Assembly: GCF_009914755.1 (NCBI RefSeq)
Contig: NC_060926.1
Origin: the human T2T-CHM13v2.0 reference genome, Homo sapiens
Reading direction: 5' to 3' (one strand)
DNA length: 64,000 nucleotides
Part shown: positions 30,783 to 49,314 of the stretch, piece after piece
Layout of the letters: the number at the start of each line of letters is the position of its first letter
Numbering within the stretch: the first letter of the stretch is position 1
The notes under the pieces: generated by a model
Database searches by the model: none
Told to the model about the DNA's origin: nothing
Seen by the model: the letters and a program-made list of their open reading frames with translations, nothing else
Made by a program: the position numbers and the translations under genes

Positions 30783-30969
30783 TAGTTTTTAAAGTAGATA
30801 TCTAACATGCTATCAAAGATACCAGATGCTCAGAGAACATAGGGGACATGAATGAGGTCCAGCAAAACAACAGGCCACAGCAATAGACTTTAGATCAAGA
30901 AATTATTAGACACAAACCAAAAGACAACTGACTATGCTTATTTGAAGAAATATTTAAAATATCTAAACT

Positions 30970-31225
30970 TGGGTTCAGCCTCCATGAGTCAAATCTGTAA
31001 TCTCAGTACTTTGGGAGGCTGAGGCAGGCAGATCACTTGAGGTCAGGAGTTCGACACCAGCCTGCCCAACATGGTGAAACCCTGTTTGTACTGAAAATAC
31101 AAAAATTAGCTGAGTGTGGTGGCGCACACCTGTAGTGCCAGCTACTCAGAGGTTGCAGTGTGCTGAGATCATGCCACTGTACTCTAGTCTGGGCAACAAA
31201 GGGAGACTCTGTCTCAAAAAAAAAA
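30970..31225 (+). mobile_element. AluS with internal deletion in right arm
   Basis: GCTACTCAGAGGTTGCAGTG junction lacks the usual GAGGCTGAGGCAGGAGAAT segment. Confidence 0.88.
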
Positions 31226-31687
31226 TCTATACTTGGAAATGTATTTAGTGAATAGAGAGCTGTAATAAAAAGTGACATAATAGATTTTTTAAAGGACCAA
31301 ATAGAACTTCTACAACTGAAAAACAGTAACTGAAATTTAGACACAATTGATGAGTTTAACAGCAGGCTAAGCTGAAGAGAGAATGTGTGAACTGAAAAAT
31401 GGTCAGAAGAAATTATCTAGCATGGAGAGATACTAGAAGGGTGGATGAAACACTGTGGAAAAATCTGCCATGTTTAATTGGAGACATGGAAAGGAAGGAG
31501 AGAGTGAGAAGGGTACAGAAATGGCTGAGAATTTTCCAGAACTATTTAAGAAGCTAACCACAGATTCAAAAAGTTTATTAAATCCTAAGTATAATTTTAA
31601 AAAACCATATCTACACACATAGTAGCTGAAACGTATCAAAGAAAAATCTTGAAATCTATTCTTGAAGAGGAATAAAGGCAAATATTC

Positions 31688-32135
31688 CTGTTACTATGTG
31701 GCATAACACACCACTGAAAACATAATGGCACAAAAAAACAACCTTATGCTAACAAATTCTGTGGCTTAGGAATTTAGATAAGACAGAGCAGGGTTAGTTT
31801 ATCTCTGATCAATGGCATGTGTGAGTGGGATGGATGACTTGAAAGACAGGCTTTCCTGTTTACAGTCCTAGCGAGCCTATTTGGTTTCTCCAACATGGTA
31901 GTTTCAGGCTGATCTGTTTGGTTTTGTTTTTTAAAACATGGCAGATGGATTCTTTCATGGTGAACACCCAAGAGCAACAGGCAGAAGATGTACTGTGTTT
32001 GATGACCTAGCTTTAGGAGACACATTACCTCACTTCAACTAAACACTTGTGTGTGAAGAAGTCAGAACCCCACCTAAATTCAAGCTTAGCGGACATAGAC
32101 ACTAGTCAATTGGAGAAGTGTCGAAAAATCAGCTG
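31688..32135 (-). mobile_element. Old MLT1 LTR
   Basis: ATTCTGTGGCTTAGGAATTTAGATAAG...TCTCCAACATGGTAG...TGACCTAGC. Confidence 0.6.
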
Positions 32136-32155
32136 CATTAAAAAAAATCACCTTG

Positions 32156-32299
32156 GGCTGGGCACAGTGGCTCACACCTGTAATTTCAGCACTTTGGGAG
32201 GCTGAGGCATGTGGATCATTTGAGCCTAGGAGTTTGAGATCAGCCTGAGCAACATGGTGAGACTCCCTCTCTAAATAAAATAAAATAAAAATAAAAAAA
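32156..32299 (+). mobile_element. FLAM_C
   Basis: Single monomer; TSD AAAAAAATCACCTT. Confidence 0.9.
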
Positions 32300-33599
32300 T
32301 CACCTTATCAAAACTAGGAAAAGCTGTATGCACACTAAGGACAAATCTCCTTAGTAGCATGAATTACTGCAATAACTTAACCAAGTTGTCTGATATGATT
32401 TTCATGGTGCTTTATTGAACACCTATTTTAATAGATTTATGGAGCTACCGGTTACTAGAGGAGATATCCCTGGCTTATGCAAATTTCATTCCGCAGCAAA
32501 ATACCAAGACTTCTTGGAGAGACTTTTAATCACTTTAACTTAAGCTCCAATATTAGTTGAACTATATAAACAGATGGTCAGAATGATCTTCCCAATATTT
32601 AGAAAGAAATACATTTTAGTCCCAGGAAACCCTAATTCAATAGAACCATGTGAAATGCCACAAATACTTAGTGAACAAGTTAGAAAAATGGAAAATAAAA
32701 ATAAAGAAAAAAGCCCATTTATCCTGACCAATCAATTTAATTAGACCACAATAGTCAACAAAATCTAGCCCAACCCTCTAGATTTGGTCATATGTTCACT
32801 GTTAAATCAACCCCTTGTCCAAAGAAATATAATGCAGTGACTGGTCTAATCTAGGTACATATCTACCCCTCTAGGCTGGAAAGCCATTAGTTTCCCTCTT
32901 AAGCAAGCAGATACATAGATGAAAATTAGCAGTCATTGGGATGTGACAAATAGACGCAAGTAGAGTCACCTTCAAGTGTCCATGATAGGAGAAGGTGTAT
33001 TCCAGGCAGAGAAACAGCTTATGTAAAGTTCTGCAAGATCATTGATCATTTGGGGGAAAATGGCAAGGAAGTGTTATGACTGGAGTAAATAATATCTAAC
33101 ATCCTTGGCCACTGAAATCACAGGAACCAGACTATAATTATGTCACACTAAAAGGAGATTACCTAATTGTTTCATTAACAACACATTTTCAAAATAAACC
33201 AGAGACCTGTATTCTTATGGAACTGAGATAGGAGAAATCTCATAAATATTCTCTGGAAAAATATAGAGAATGAGAGGGTACAATACAACGTATTATATAA
33301 AGGCTTAACTCTTAAAAACCTTATTTATGTTATCTAAGATCTTAGTAACTCAGCTTCAAGCTAACGTTGACTACCCTCAATTATAGACTCTATTCATGGG
33401 TCCATGAACCTGACACTTGAAAGCTTCCCTTGAAAATTACCTGTCAAAAATATGCTTTATCCAAGTGAAAACTAGGTTTATAAATACTTCAGCCTGTTTT
33501 TAACTCTGTCTCTTTAGACTAATATGTCCTTTTCTGAGCAGACATCATTTAGGGTGACCTTTTCAAAATAGAGTCAAGGGTTCAGGAATCACACTGGCT

Positions 33600-34144
<545 letters not shown>

Positions 34145-34297
34145 TCACTAGAGCTTCTCATTTATCAAAGTACAATTTGAATCACAGAACCCACATCATA
34201 TATTAAGCTACTCTATGTAACTGGAATTATGGCAATAGTTTGTCTATACCTAGAATACTAGAATAATAAAAAATACACATTACCTATTTTTATTGTA

Positions 34298-35405
34298 TAA
34301 TTGACCCTTGAACAATTCATGAGTCACCAGTGCTGACCCCCAGGACAGTCAAAAATCCATGTATAATTTTTGACTCCCCAAAAACTTTACTAATAGCATA
34401 CAGTTGACCAGAAGCCTAACAATAACATAGTCGATTAACACCTATTTTGCACAGTATATGTATTATATATGGTATTCTCATAATAAAGGAAGCTAGGGAA
34501 AAGAGACTGTTGTAAGATAATCATAAGGAGACTTCACAGCCTTTAGAACTGTAAGAAATAAAGCTCTGTTCTTTAAAAATTAAATAAAAAGAAAATTATA
34601 AGGAAGATAAAATACATTTACAGTATTGTGCCATACTTTTTGATACAATATGTTTATGCAATCTGTTTATAAGATGAATTGTCTGTCTGAAATAGTGGGC
34701 AACCACAGTTGTAGACCTCCATCTATGACACATATCAAGAAATTCAACTTTTTCTTGTAATGTTATGACTTTTCTCTACTTTTTGCAACCACTTCCAGCA
34801 TCACTAGTGGCACTTTATATGAGTCCCATGCTGTTAGTGAAGGTTTACAGTACTGAATTAAATACAATGAAAAATCTAAGAGAGATCATTTTTTACTGTG
34901 CTTTGCAATTTGCTGGAGAGATGAACTGCTCACACAGAGATGATTGGCATCACACGGCTTTTTAAGAGGCTACTTGCCACACTTGAGCTATTTCAATAAC
35001 AACAGGAGGTGAACACAAAATTGTTATGGTAGCACAATAAATACTACGGTTATTTTTATGCGGTTATGATTCAATACTGCATCTTTATGTTTGTTTACAT
35101 TTTTCTTGATGGTGAATGACATCACGTACAATCTGTGTGCGTAAGTTTTGATAAATTTTTTATAATAGGTTTGTGTATATTTTATGCTAACAAATGATAT
35201 AACAAGCTAGTATTTATATATATTTTATGCATTCATAACATACGTGACTTCTTAATTGTGTCCATATTTCTAGGTTATGCAGTTTGCACGCTTTTTCAAA
35301 TTGTCGCAAAACTCCAAAATAAATATATTTTCCAATATTTTTATCGCATGGGTCCCCGTATAAGCGGACCCATGCAATTTGAACCTGTGTTATTTGAGTC
35401 AACTG
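34298..35405. mobile_element. Tigger2 derivative (~1.1 kb, Tigger2b-like)
   Basis: TIR-like ends TTGACCCTTGAACAA and GTCAACTG with TA flanks. Confidence 0.85.
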
Positions 35406-35979
35406 TAATTTTTAGTTGAACACTATAGTTTCAATAAAGAAAATTATCAAAACACATACAAAAAGCAAAGCAAAACAAAAACCACACAAGTGTGAATAAA
35501 ACACTGCATTGTATGGATGGATCCTACGTTCTTAGCTGTTTGTTCAAGGCTGCCTACATTTAGACTCCAAGCACTTCTGAATCATGAGTCTTCCCATTCT
35601 CCCACTCTCTGTGTCCTATATTGTCTCAGCTTTGAGTCCCCCTACTGTGACTTACACTCTTTCTTTTGTATCTTCGCTACACCTCTTCCATTTCTGATTT
35701 CCTACATCTGACTTGAGCTTTCAGGCTCTAGTCATTAATAGACTCTAACAGTAACTAATAATAGACTCTAACAGTCATTATTCCCCACTAATCCCTCAGA
35801 CTATCTCACTGTAACTCTATTTATGTCTAATCTTTGTCTCAGAATGTGTATGTGATGAGAGCAAGGCAGATGGCAGCTTCATGGTTTCTCTGGCGTAATT
35901 CATAAATTACCTTTTTATTTGTCTTCAAACCAAGCTTCTTGGCTTAGGTTGCAGAAGTAAGTCCAGCACTGCCAACCAG

Positions 35980-36400
35980 GCCAGATGATTCTTAATTGGT
36001 TAAATGTAACTTTCTATAAGAGGTATAAAGTTATTTGTTTACATATCTTAATAATGCTGCCAAAATGTCCCCCAAAGCTTTAGCATTCTGCATTTCCATC
36101 AGCATTGCATGAGAGTGCTTGTTTCCCTCTACCTTTGCTAGCACTGAATGTTATCAATGATTTAAATTGTTGCTAATCATATCTTAGTTTTATTTTTATT
36201 TGCATATTCCTGATGGCTGAAGAAGCAGATAATTTTTCTGCATGCTTTTTGGTCTTTTTCTTTCACTATTTATTAATTGTCATTATTATCTTCTGTCCAG
36301 TTACTGTGGAGATTTTTTTATTTATCAGTTGTAGAGCATTAAATAGCATGATTTGTTTTTGTACAATATGATATACATTATAAATATAGTGTTTTGTTAC
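35980..36400 (-). mobile_element. Ancient L1ME fragment
   Basis: TTCTGCATTTCCATCAGCATTGCATGAGAGTGCTTGTTTCCC. Confidence 0.65.
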
Positions 36401-36604
36401 ACAGTTTATAACATATTAACTAAATTTACCTAACTATACAATTTAACTGAATTTATTTAGTTAAATATGTGCTTATTCTCTTGTATCATTTAACAGGAGT
36501 ACCTCTGACAATATAACTCAAATTTAAACAATAACTTCCATTATTTTAAAGATATTTGAAATATTTACATTTTATTCAATATTTTTCATTTTTTATGGAT
36601 AACT

Positions 36605-37855
36605 GTGATTTGGTTATCAATTGCTGAGTAACATACTGTTTTACCCCCAAACTTAATGGCTTTAAATAACACCATTTATTTTTTCTCATGATTTGGTGGA
36701 TGAGGAATTTGAGCAAGGCTCAGCTGATTAGTTCTTCTGCTCCATGTGGTATCAGCTGGTCACTGTGTTGGCAGCATTCAGCTGACAACTGGGCTGGACT
36801 GGGATGGAAGATACAAGAATGAGTCCCTCCCATATTTGTCACCTCGGTGCTCCTTCCCATGACCTCTTTTTTCACGTGACCAGCTTGGGCTTCCTCATAG
36901 TATGGTGGTCTCAGGATAGTAATACTGTTACAGTAGGTAGTCAGACAGAAGCAGGGCAGGAGACAGCCCCCCTCCCCCCACCCGACAACTCCAAGGGATG
37001 TCTGGCAACCATCAGGTGATGGTCAGGTGGTCGTTAAACTGCCTCTCTGAAATAATAGTTGGGTCACAGCTGGTGCCAGGGAAAGGTAGTCTCCCAATAG
37101 ATAGAAACACCAGGAACGGATGATCAGCAGCTTCCAGATAAGATCTCAGGAAATGGGTGAGTAGGCTCAAGCATATGCACTAAGAGACAAAATGGCGGAG
37201 TTTAACTGGTAACTGGTAACTTGACTGGTAAGGGAAAAATGCCTCTAGGGAACACGTGCATAACTTCAGCAAGCACTGTGCACGAGGCCCCTCCCAAGTG
37301 CTAGAAGGCCACAGTGCATGTGGACAGCCCACCCTAAGGGGAGAGGCAGGGGAGAAGAGATGCAACCCCCTGCACCCATGCCAAGGTATAAACCACATGT
37401 CAAAGGTCAAACCGTGCACTTGATCTCTCAGGTTGCCCGCTTGGCCCTGTTCCAAGAATACTTTACTCCCTTTGATTCCTGCTCTAAAGCTTTTTAATAA
37501 ACTTTCACTCCCACTTTAAAACTTGCCTCAGTCTCTCACTCTGCCTTATGCCCCTTGGTCAAATTCTTTCTTCTGAGATGGCAAGAATTAACGTTGCTGC
37601 AAACCCGTGTGGATTCACCGCTGCTGACATACTTTGGTGCTGCGTAACTCGGATACATTTCCCTAGTGCTAACAATACTTATATTGCTGCTAGTTTTCCC
37701 CAAGAGAATATGAAGATTGGCAGGCCTTTTGCAGGCCACAATCAGAACTGTGTAACATCATTTCCATTGAATTCAAAAAGTTACCTCACTGAACTGGTAA
37801 GCGAGGGACGAATAAACTTACATTACTTTGAGGTTCATTTTTTAGAGTAGTTAAT
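36605..37855 (-). mobile_element. Old MLT1 LTR split by MER50
   Basis: CCCAAACTTAATGGCTTTAAATAAC...GGGCTTCCTCATAGTATGGTGGTCTCAGG; resumes after 37678. Confidence 0.65.
36926..37674 (+). mobile_element. MER50 solo LTR
   Basis: TGTTACAGTAGGTAG...GCTAACA; TATAAA and AATAAA inside; perfect 4-bp TSD ATAC. Confidence 0.85.
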
Positions 37856-38377
37856 GATACTAAAATATATGTATTTCTACTTATAAAACAATAATGAAGA
37901 CTTTTATGATTTTATATAGGTAGACATAGGGCAGCTCTGAGCAGGGTAAGTTGAGGGTTTAGATCTGATCCTCTGTAGTTTTCTCAGCAGTACCCGTCCC
38001 CAAATTTTCAGTCTTGACCCCCTCTACGTACCCACTCATGCCCAGAGGAAACTGTTTAAAGGCATTTTGTTCTTTCTTGTCTTCCTTGTAGTTTGTAGAT
38101 GAGCTGATAAATTATCTAAAATGTTATCACAAGTTGCATTTCTTAAATGTGGATATTGTCCTCAAACTGATTTCATGCATTTATAATTGGGTTTATTAAG
38201 CAATATGAACTCTGCAGGCTACAAACATACAAGTATTTAATTGTTGTCCACTTACCTTTCCAAACCAATTTTAAATACCTGTCTTACTGCCTCCTCTTAT
38301 CACTCAGGTTTGATTATGGCCTGAAGGAACTATAAGGAGAAGAGGGCATGGTTTTATTTGTTCCTTTACTTTTCCAC

Positions 38378-38545
38378 AGGCTTCATGGGTGTGCTGCCCG
38401 TGTAGCCACCTAGGCCCTACACTTTGTGAAATCATGCACTTGGTTTAATGCTTTGCTGTTGCCATCTTGAAATTCTTAATAATTTTAGAAAAAGGGGCCC
38501 TACACTTTCATTTTACACTGGGGCTTGCTGATTATGTAGCTGTGC
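38378..38545. mobile_element. MER91-like DNA element
   Basis: TTGGTTTAATGCTTTGCTGTTGCCATCTTGAAATTCTTAATAATTTT. Confidence 0.65.
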
Positions 38546-38702
38546 TGTTTTCTTGGTTTTAAATTTCTCCAACAGGTTGGAGGGAAAGGGAGGCAGAAGA
38601 AAAAAGAACAAAATTCTACTTATCTAGCCAATTTTGAAACACTCTGTGTCACGGTTGTCACTGTTTCTCTGACCATTGACAGTCTTCTCTGAACATTGAT
38701 CC

Positions 38703-39141
38703 TGTCGACCTAAGAAAGAAACTAAGGCAAAATTAATATAAGTAGAGGGTTTATTTGGGCCAAATCTGAGGACCACAACACAGGAGAAACAGACTCAAAT
38801 TGCCCTGAATATATTGTCCAATTAGCAGCAGTTACAAGTGGGTGTTTAAAGGAAAAAATAAGGGACAGTTCTCACATTGATTCATTAAAATAGCATAAGC
38901 TATTGATTGGCTATACACTGTTCTTTGTATCACAAATTTCAGGAACATGAAGATAATGGGTGAGGGTCACTTTATGCAACTCTAAGACAATAAACAACAA
39001 ATGCCTTTAAACAATTGACCCTAGGCATAGGTGTGTATGTGGAGCGGGTCGAGATTCAAGTCTCTTACTTATGCCACTCTGGGCATGATACATTTCTCAT
39101 ACCTCATGTAGCTCAGACTGCTTTGAGCTAATTTTCTTTTC
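38703..39141 (-). mobile_element. LTR47-like solo LTR, terminal bases replaced by L1 tail
   Basis: Minus strand GAAAAGAAAATTAGCTCAAAGCAGTCTGAGCTACATGAGGTATG; other end TGTCGACC. Confidence 0.6.
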
Positions 39142-43340
<4,199 letters not shown>

Positions 43341-44055
43341 CAGTCTAAACAACATCTCAGAAAGCCAATCTTAGATTCTACAATAGTGATGTTATCTACA
43401 GGAACAACTGGGGAATTTACAAACCATGTGACCAAAGCCACATGACTCCTGAGACTACAGAAACTATGCCTACATTTTAGCAGAATTCAGGCCCCTTCCA
43501 TAAATCTAATCTTGTGGCCTTTCACTAGTCTTACAAAAGCAATTCAGACCAGGCATGGTGGCTCACACCTGTAATCCCAGCACTTTGGGAGACCAAGGCG
43601 GGAGGCATCACTTGAGCCTTGGAGTTCAAGACCAACCTGGGCAACACAGTAGGACCCTGTCTCTCCAAAAAGAAAAAAGAAAGCCAGTCATGGTGGCACA
43701 CATCTGTAGTCCCAGCTACTTAGGAGGCTGAGGTGGGAGAATTGCTTGAGCCCAGGAGATCAAGGCTGCAGTGAGGTGTGATAGCGCCACTGTACTCTGC
43801 CCTGGGTGAGAGAGTGAGTCTCTATCTCAAAAATAAATACATAAAAAATAAAAGGTGATTCCAGCCCTGGAAAAGGGAGGTAAATTTTTTTTAGGGAGGG
43901 ACTTTATTATTCTTGATTCAAAGTTATACTATAAATTCCTCCCAAAGTTAGCTGGGCCTATGACCAAGAATGACCAAGGACAGCTTGGTGGTCAGAAGCA
44001 AGATAGAGTCAGCTATGTCAGATATGTCTGTCATAATTTTGCATAGGTGATTTCA
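43341..44055 (-). mobile_element. LTR8-family LTR, 5' half only
   Basis: Collinear with ~20130-20742; ends GGTGATTTCA. Confidence 0.8.
43546..43853 (+). mobile_element. AluJ
   Basis: Dimeric Alu inside the LTR8 fragment. Confidence 0.92.
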
Positions 44056-44095
44056 AGAAAATGGATATCTTTCCATTCCTTCACCTTTTTGTTCT

Positions 44096-44281
44096 ATTCA
44101 GGCCCTAAATGGATTGGGTGATGCCTGCTCACATTGGTGAGGTGGATCTTCATTATGCAGTCTGCTGATTACAATGCATATCTTTTCCAGAAACACTGTG
44201 GCAGACACATGAGAAATGATGTTTTCCCTATCTGCATATCCCTTAATCCAGTCAAACTGACACATAAAATTAACCATCACA
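44096..44281 (-). mobile_element. MLT2 LTR fragment
   Basis: CAGTCAAACTGACACATAAAATTAACCATCACA terminus. Confidence 0.85.
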
Positions 44282-45049
44282 CTGTGCTTGAGAAGTTTTG
44301 TGGGTATCCTGCCCAAGAGGGCTGCCTATTGGGTATTGGGGGAAATGGGAGATGGGGATTGCTGGGTCATCAGCTGCAGGGATAAGGGGTAAAGCTGGAG
44401 TTGGGGTAGTGTCTCCCACATCAGAGAAATGGTAAAAAAGTGACCCCACAGAGCCCTCCACAAAATGCATACACATATTCATGAGATGGCAGACATTTCG
44501 CTTTCCGTCCCAAGGAGAACATAGCCAGCAATTGTATTAACCAGGGAAGCAATAATGGCTATCAGAGAATTGCAGTTGCACTTCCAGATAAAGAAAGAAA
44601 TATTTGCTCTATTTCCCTTCTGTCCCCCCAGTGCCCAATACCAGTGGAAATAGAACTAGAGAAGGCAGGAGAAGAACAAAACCACAGACACCGCCCCTCT
44701 TCCTATTTCGAGCTCCTCAAGCCAAAGCCAGCCAGGTGCTTAGGAAAGGGAGACAAGAGCGATAAGCTGCTTGCAAAAGCCAAGTCTATAAATTGGATTA
44801 GACTGACTGAAGATTTTAGTAATGCAAGTGACCAGAAGATATGGGATCTGCCATAGATTCATAATACAATGGCAGAAAAGAGATTTGACAGAATACAGTT
44901 GGCCTTATAGTTGGTGAGATTTAAAAATGCATCATATTTTTGTCTGCCTCACATAATTCGAGTTGTTTAATAAACCATTTACATTTGCAAGCTGACTGCT
45001 GAGGAAATGATTCCCTGTTCAGTATTCCCAGGGAGTTGGAGCAAGAGGG

Positions 45050-45132
45050 GAAACAGAGAGAGAGAAACACAGAGAGAGAGAGAAAGAGTGAAAGAAACAG
45101 AGAGAGACAAAGAGAGAGAGAGGGAGAAAGAG
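45050..45132 (+). repeat. (GA)n-rich simple repeat
   Basis: Visible interrupted GA array. Confidence 0.9.
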
Positions 45133-46464
45133 CAAGAACCTTCTGTATGATTTCTTCCCTTCAGATCGGGGCAATTTAGGTCCTATGTCTATTTCTGGGC
45201 TAAATGCTCTGATAAGGGAAGACTCTGGTGGGCTTGGTCCAGCCTGCATCCACCCTGGGAGTTGGGATACAGTCAGCTTCTCTTGCATCACATAGGTTAT
45301 GTGCAGGAAGGTGGATGCCTACCAAAAAAAAAAAAAAAAAACGGTAAAAAGGAGAGAGAGAAGGCATGCTGCTGACTAGGGGACAAAAAGCCTCTACTAC
45401 ACGGTGTCACTGTATGTGATAATCATCTGCTTCCACTTTGGCCATGACCCATGTGGCCCTTGGCAGTGTAACCAATTTTCTTTGGATTGCTTCACGCCAA
45501 AGATCCCCTCCATCACTCACAGTCACTATGAATGCCCAGATTGGGACAGGACAGTTGTCATTTTCAGTGTATAATTAGTGACCAACAGGTCTGTGTACTG
45601 TGGTGACGTTGTGCATACCCTCTTTCCATCGGCCTGTCTAAAGGGAAGATTCCTCTAACTCCTAGACGTGTAATGAATTCACGTTGGCATTTGTTACTTT
45701 GAAAAATAACCTCCTGTTACTTTTTCTCTTTTCTCGTTGCCTCCTGGAGTCAAGTTTAAAAGGAGAATTTGAAAGTCATCTCCCAGTGTGTTTAGGATTC
45801 GTTCATTCTTCCCATGCTGAGTGTTTGGCTCGCGCACGCTCCCTCTGCGATCCACTGAAAAATTCTGCTTTTTGGTTTGCTGCTTAATTTTCCATTTTGA
45901 ACAGACGAATGGCACAGCATTATTCATTGAGTATTTAATATAATATAGCGTTTTAAAGGATACATATAATATAGCATTTTAAAAATACTTCTAAAAGCAT
46001 TATGAGGGAAGCCAAACATTTTTTTTTGGTGCCTTATGAAGAAACTTTTATTTTAAATTGTAAATTTCAAAGTTTTGGATAACATAACCTGGTGTTCTTC
46101 CAGATTGTGGGCATCTTTACATGTTGCGGTTAAATGCAGTGTTTGCCTGGAGGCAGCTTATATGAATGGTCTAGAAGTAGAGGCTCCTCCCCAGGGATGC
46201 TCTCAAACAGTCAACCCAACCATATAAATAGCCATCAGCTCCACTTTCCCAGCCTTAATTGTGCTCAATGTCAAGTAAATAACACAGTTTTATTCACTGT
46301 TCTCTCTTCTTACTTTAGAAGAGTCACGGTGGCTGAGAAAATACATAATACAATCGAGAAAGAATGATTTGTGGGTTATGACTCTGCTTCTTTTTCTCTC
46401 TGCATTGTCCGTCCTCTGACCTCCCTTGCTTTTCATGCCTCCAACTTATGCCAATTAACAACCT

Positions 46465-46715
46465 TGCAGCAGAAGCTAAGAGTGCAGCCTCTGAGGCTCA
46501 TCTGCCTGGGATCGATCCTGCTCTGCCTGTTTCTGGCTCTGTGACCTTAAGCAAGCCACTTATTCTCTTTGTGCTCCAAGTTTTTCAGTAACGAAGTGGT
46601 AATAATAATACCTATTTCAGGGAGTTATGGCGGAGAGTAAATCAGTCAATGCACGTACAGCACTTCAAATCATGTCTGGAACATGGAGCAAGTGCTCACA
46701 TAAATGCTAGTTGTT
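46465..46715 (+). mobile_element. MIR
   Basis: CTGTGACCTTAAGCAAGCCACTT...AATAATACCTATTTCAGGGAGTT...AAGTGCTC. Confidence 0.8.
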
Positions 46716-47037
46716 GTTGTCTCTGCTTCCTTGCTCAGGTCCTCTCAAATCTCTGCATCTTGATTTGCTTACCTATAAAATTACATTCAATTTTTTCCCC
46801 CACATTCAAATAAGTACGTGGACCTGAACAAGGAGCACAGAGGAAGAAATCATTAATAAAACACTGGCTAATTAGCATTGGTAAGCTTCTTGTCAAGGCT
46901 GTCCTGCTTTCCAGAACTATTAGAAGTTGACCCTTCTCGGACTTCTGTGAGATACTCATTAGCGGATGTCACTGTCTTAACTGAAGGGCTGGCCAAAACC
47001 TCCATGCTGAGTCAGGAAACTTCATTTTCTTCCATGA

Positions 47038-47354
<317 letters not shown>

Positions 47355-48189
47355 AAATTTGTTTATTTTAAAATGATGTTTATTCATCAGTCAGGGTAGT
47401 TCCAGCGATGATGGTATTGCCCTTGACATTCTGAAGGATGAGACCCCATGACTCAGGCAACCTGCGCTTCTGTGTCACCCACCCATGTGGCAGCGCAGGA
47501 CAAACGAATGCAGCATGCAGGGACAGAACGTGCTGGAGACAGCTGGAAAATGTCAGGAGAGAATAAAGGTGGGAAAAATACATCACCAAAGAGACATGGG
47601 GCTGAGAGGAAAAACTGTCCAAAGAATAGAGATGTATTGGCTCCGTGTACACTACTGTCCTTTGATATATAGTTTACTCTTTCAACCCCGCTTCCAGCAT
47701 TGTTCTCACGGTTATAACAAGCAAGCACAGACCCTCTCAGTTGATGAGGTGCAGGCAATAGCTGGCTTTCTCACCACCTCTTTACTTGGTACCAATAATC
47801 GCATGCTGAGATTGACTAGTGAGTCAGTCCTCAGGGACCATCTCAAGTGTCACTCTTTGACTTCTTCAAAAACTTTCACATTTACTCAAAGGCCCTTGGA
47901 ACCACTGAGGGGAGGCATGACCTAAATGAACACTTTTCACTACCCTTTAAACCTTACTCTGCTTTTAAATTAAAGTTTTTTTTCTAGCATTTTTTATTGT
48001 TGCTATATGCCCAACTAAGTTTTATATATTATTAATATATTTTTGTTATGGCTCATCATTTATGTCCTTTACTAGAGTGGAAATTCTCAAATGTTGAAAA
48101 CCCTCTCTGCTCTCCATTGCATTTCTTTGTGTCATCTAGAACAGTGCTCAGCATGCTTGGTGTTGAATAAGTATTGGTGGAACGAGTAG

Positions 48190-48625
<436 letters not shown>

Positions 48626-48931
48626 TGAGAACATGCTCTACACACACCAAAAAACAAAAACCTTTAAAGTAGCATTACTTCTGGTCAGAATCTGAGTTTT
48701 TTGATCTGCCGTCCTCATAAATGAGGGTGGGTTTTCTTCAAACAAATAAGAATTGACGATAGGAACCAGAGGCAGGGTCTGGAAGGTGAAAGCAAATGAA
48801 GAAGACATGAGCCCTACTATTCAGAAACTAGAACCGAGTTATGTAGAAGGCTTGAACAGCTCCCTGAAGTTCTACCAATAACCCCTAAATTTTGTGTATT
48901 TGCAGCTTTCCTCAGGTTTTCAAAAGAGCCT

Positions 48932-49314
48932 TGATATGGTTTGGCTGTGTCCCCTCCCAGATAATCTTGAATTATAGCTCCCATAATCTCCATGTGTTGT
49001 AGGAGGGACCTGGTGGGAGGTAATTGAATCATGGGGGCAGTTACCTCCATGCTGTTCTCATGATAGTGAGTGAGTTCTCACGAGATCTGATGGTTTTATA
49101 AAGGGCTTGTCCCTGCTACTTCACTCTACGCATCTCCTTGCTGCTGCCATGTGAAGAAGGATGGGTTCTTCACCCATGAAGGATGGGTTCCACCATGATT
49201 GTAAGTTTCTTGAAGCCTCCCCAGCCCTGCGGAACTGAGAGTAAAACTTCTTTCCTTTATAAATTACCCAGTCTCAGGTATGTCCTTATAGCAGCATGAG
49301 AAAGGACTAACACA
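48932..49314 (+). mobile_element. THE1C-like solo LTR
   Basis: TGATATGGTTTGGCTGTGTCC...CTAACACA; perfect TSD AGCCT. Confidence 0.92.

Larger units (their letters stand above)
28835..31685 (+). mobile_element. Ancient L1M 5'/ORF1 region, host of the 29013-30790 insert and an Alu
   Basis: ORF1-like A-rich text (CCAAATAGAACTTCTACAACTGAAAAA..., ATGGCTGAGAATTTTCCAGAA); appears continuous across the insert. Confidence 0.6.

Noticed and set aside
35736-35780. Short local duplications (TAATAGACTCTAACAGT twice; similar cases at ~45938 and ~49156)
   Set aside because: Ordinary slippage micro-duplications
47485-47925. 146-aa ATG ORF outside obvious young repeats
   Set aside because: No recognisable domain, weak start context, and its end seems to run into L2-like DNA; compatible with chance in 64 kb
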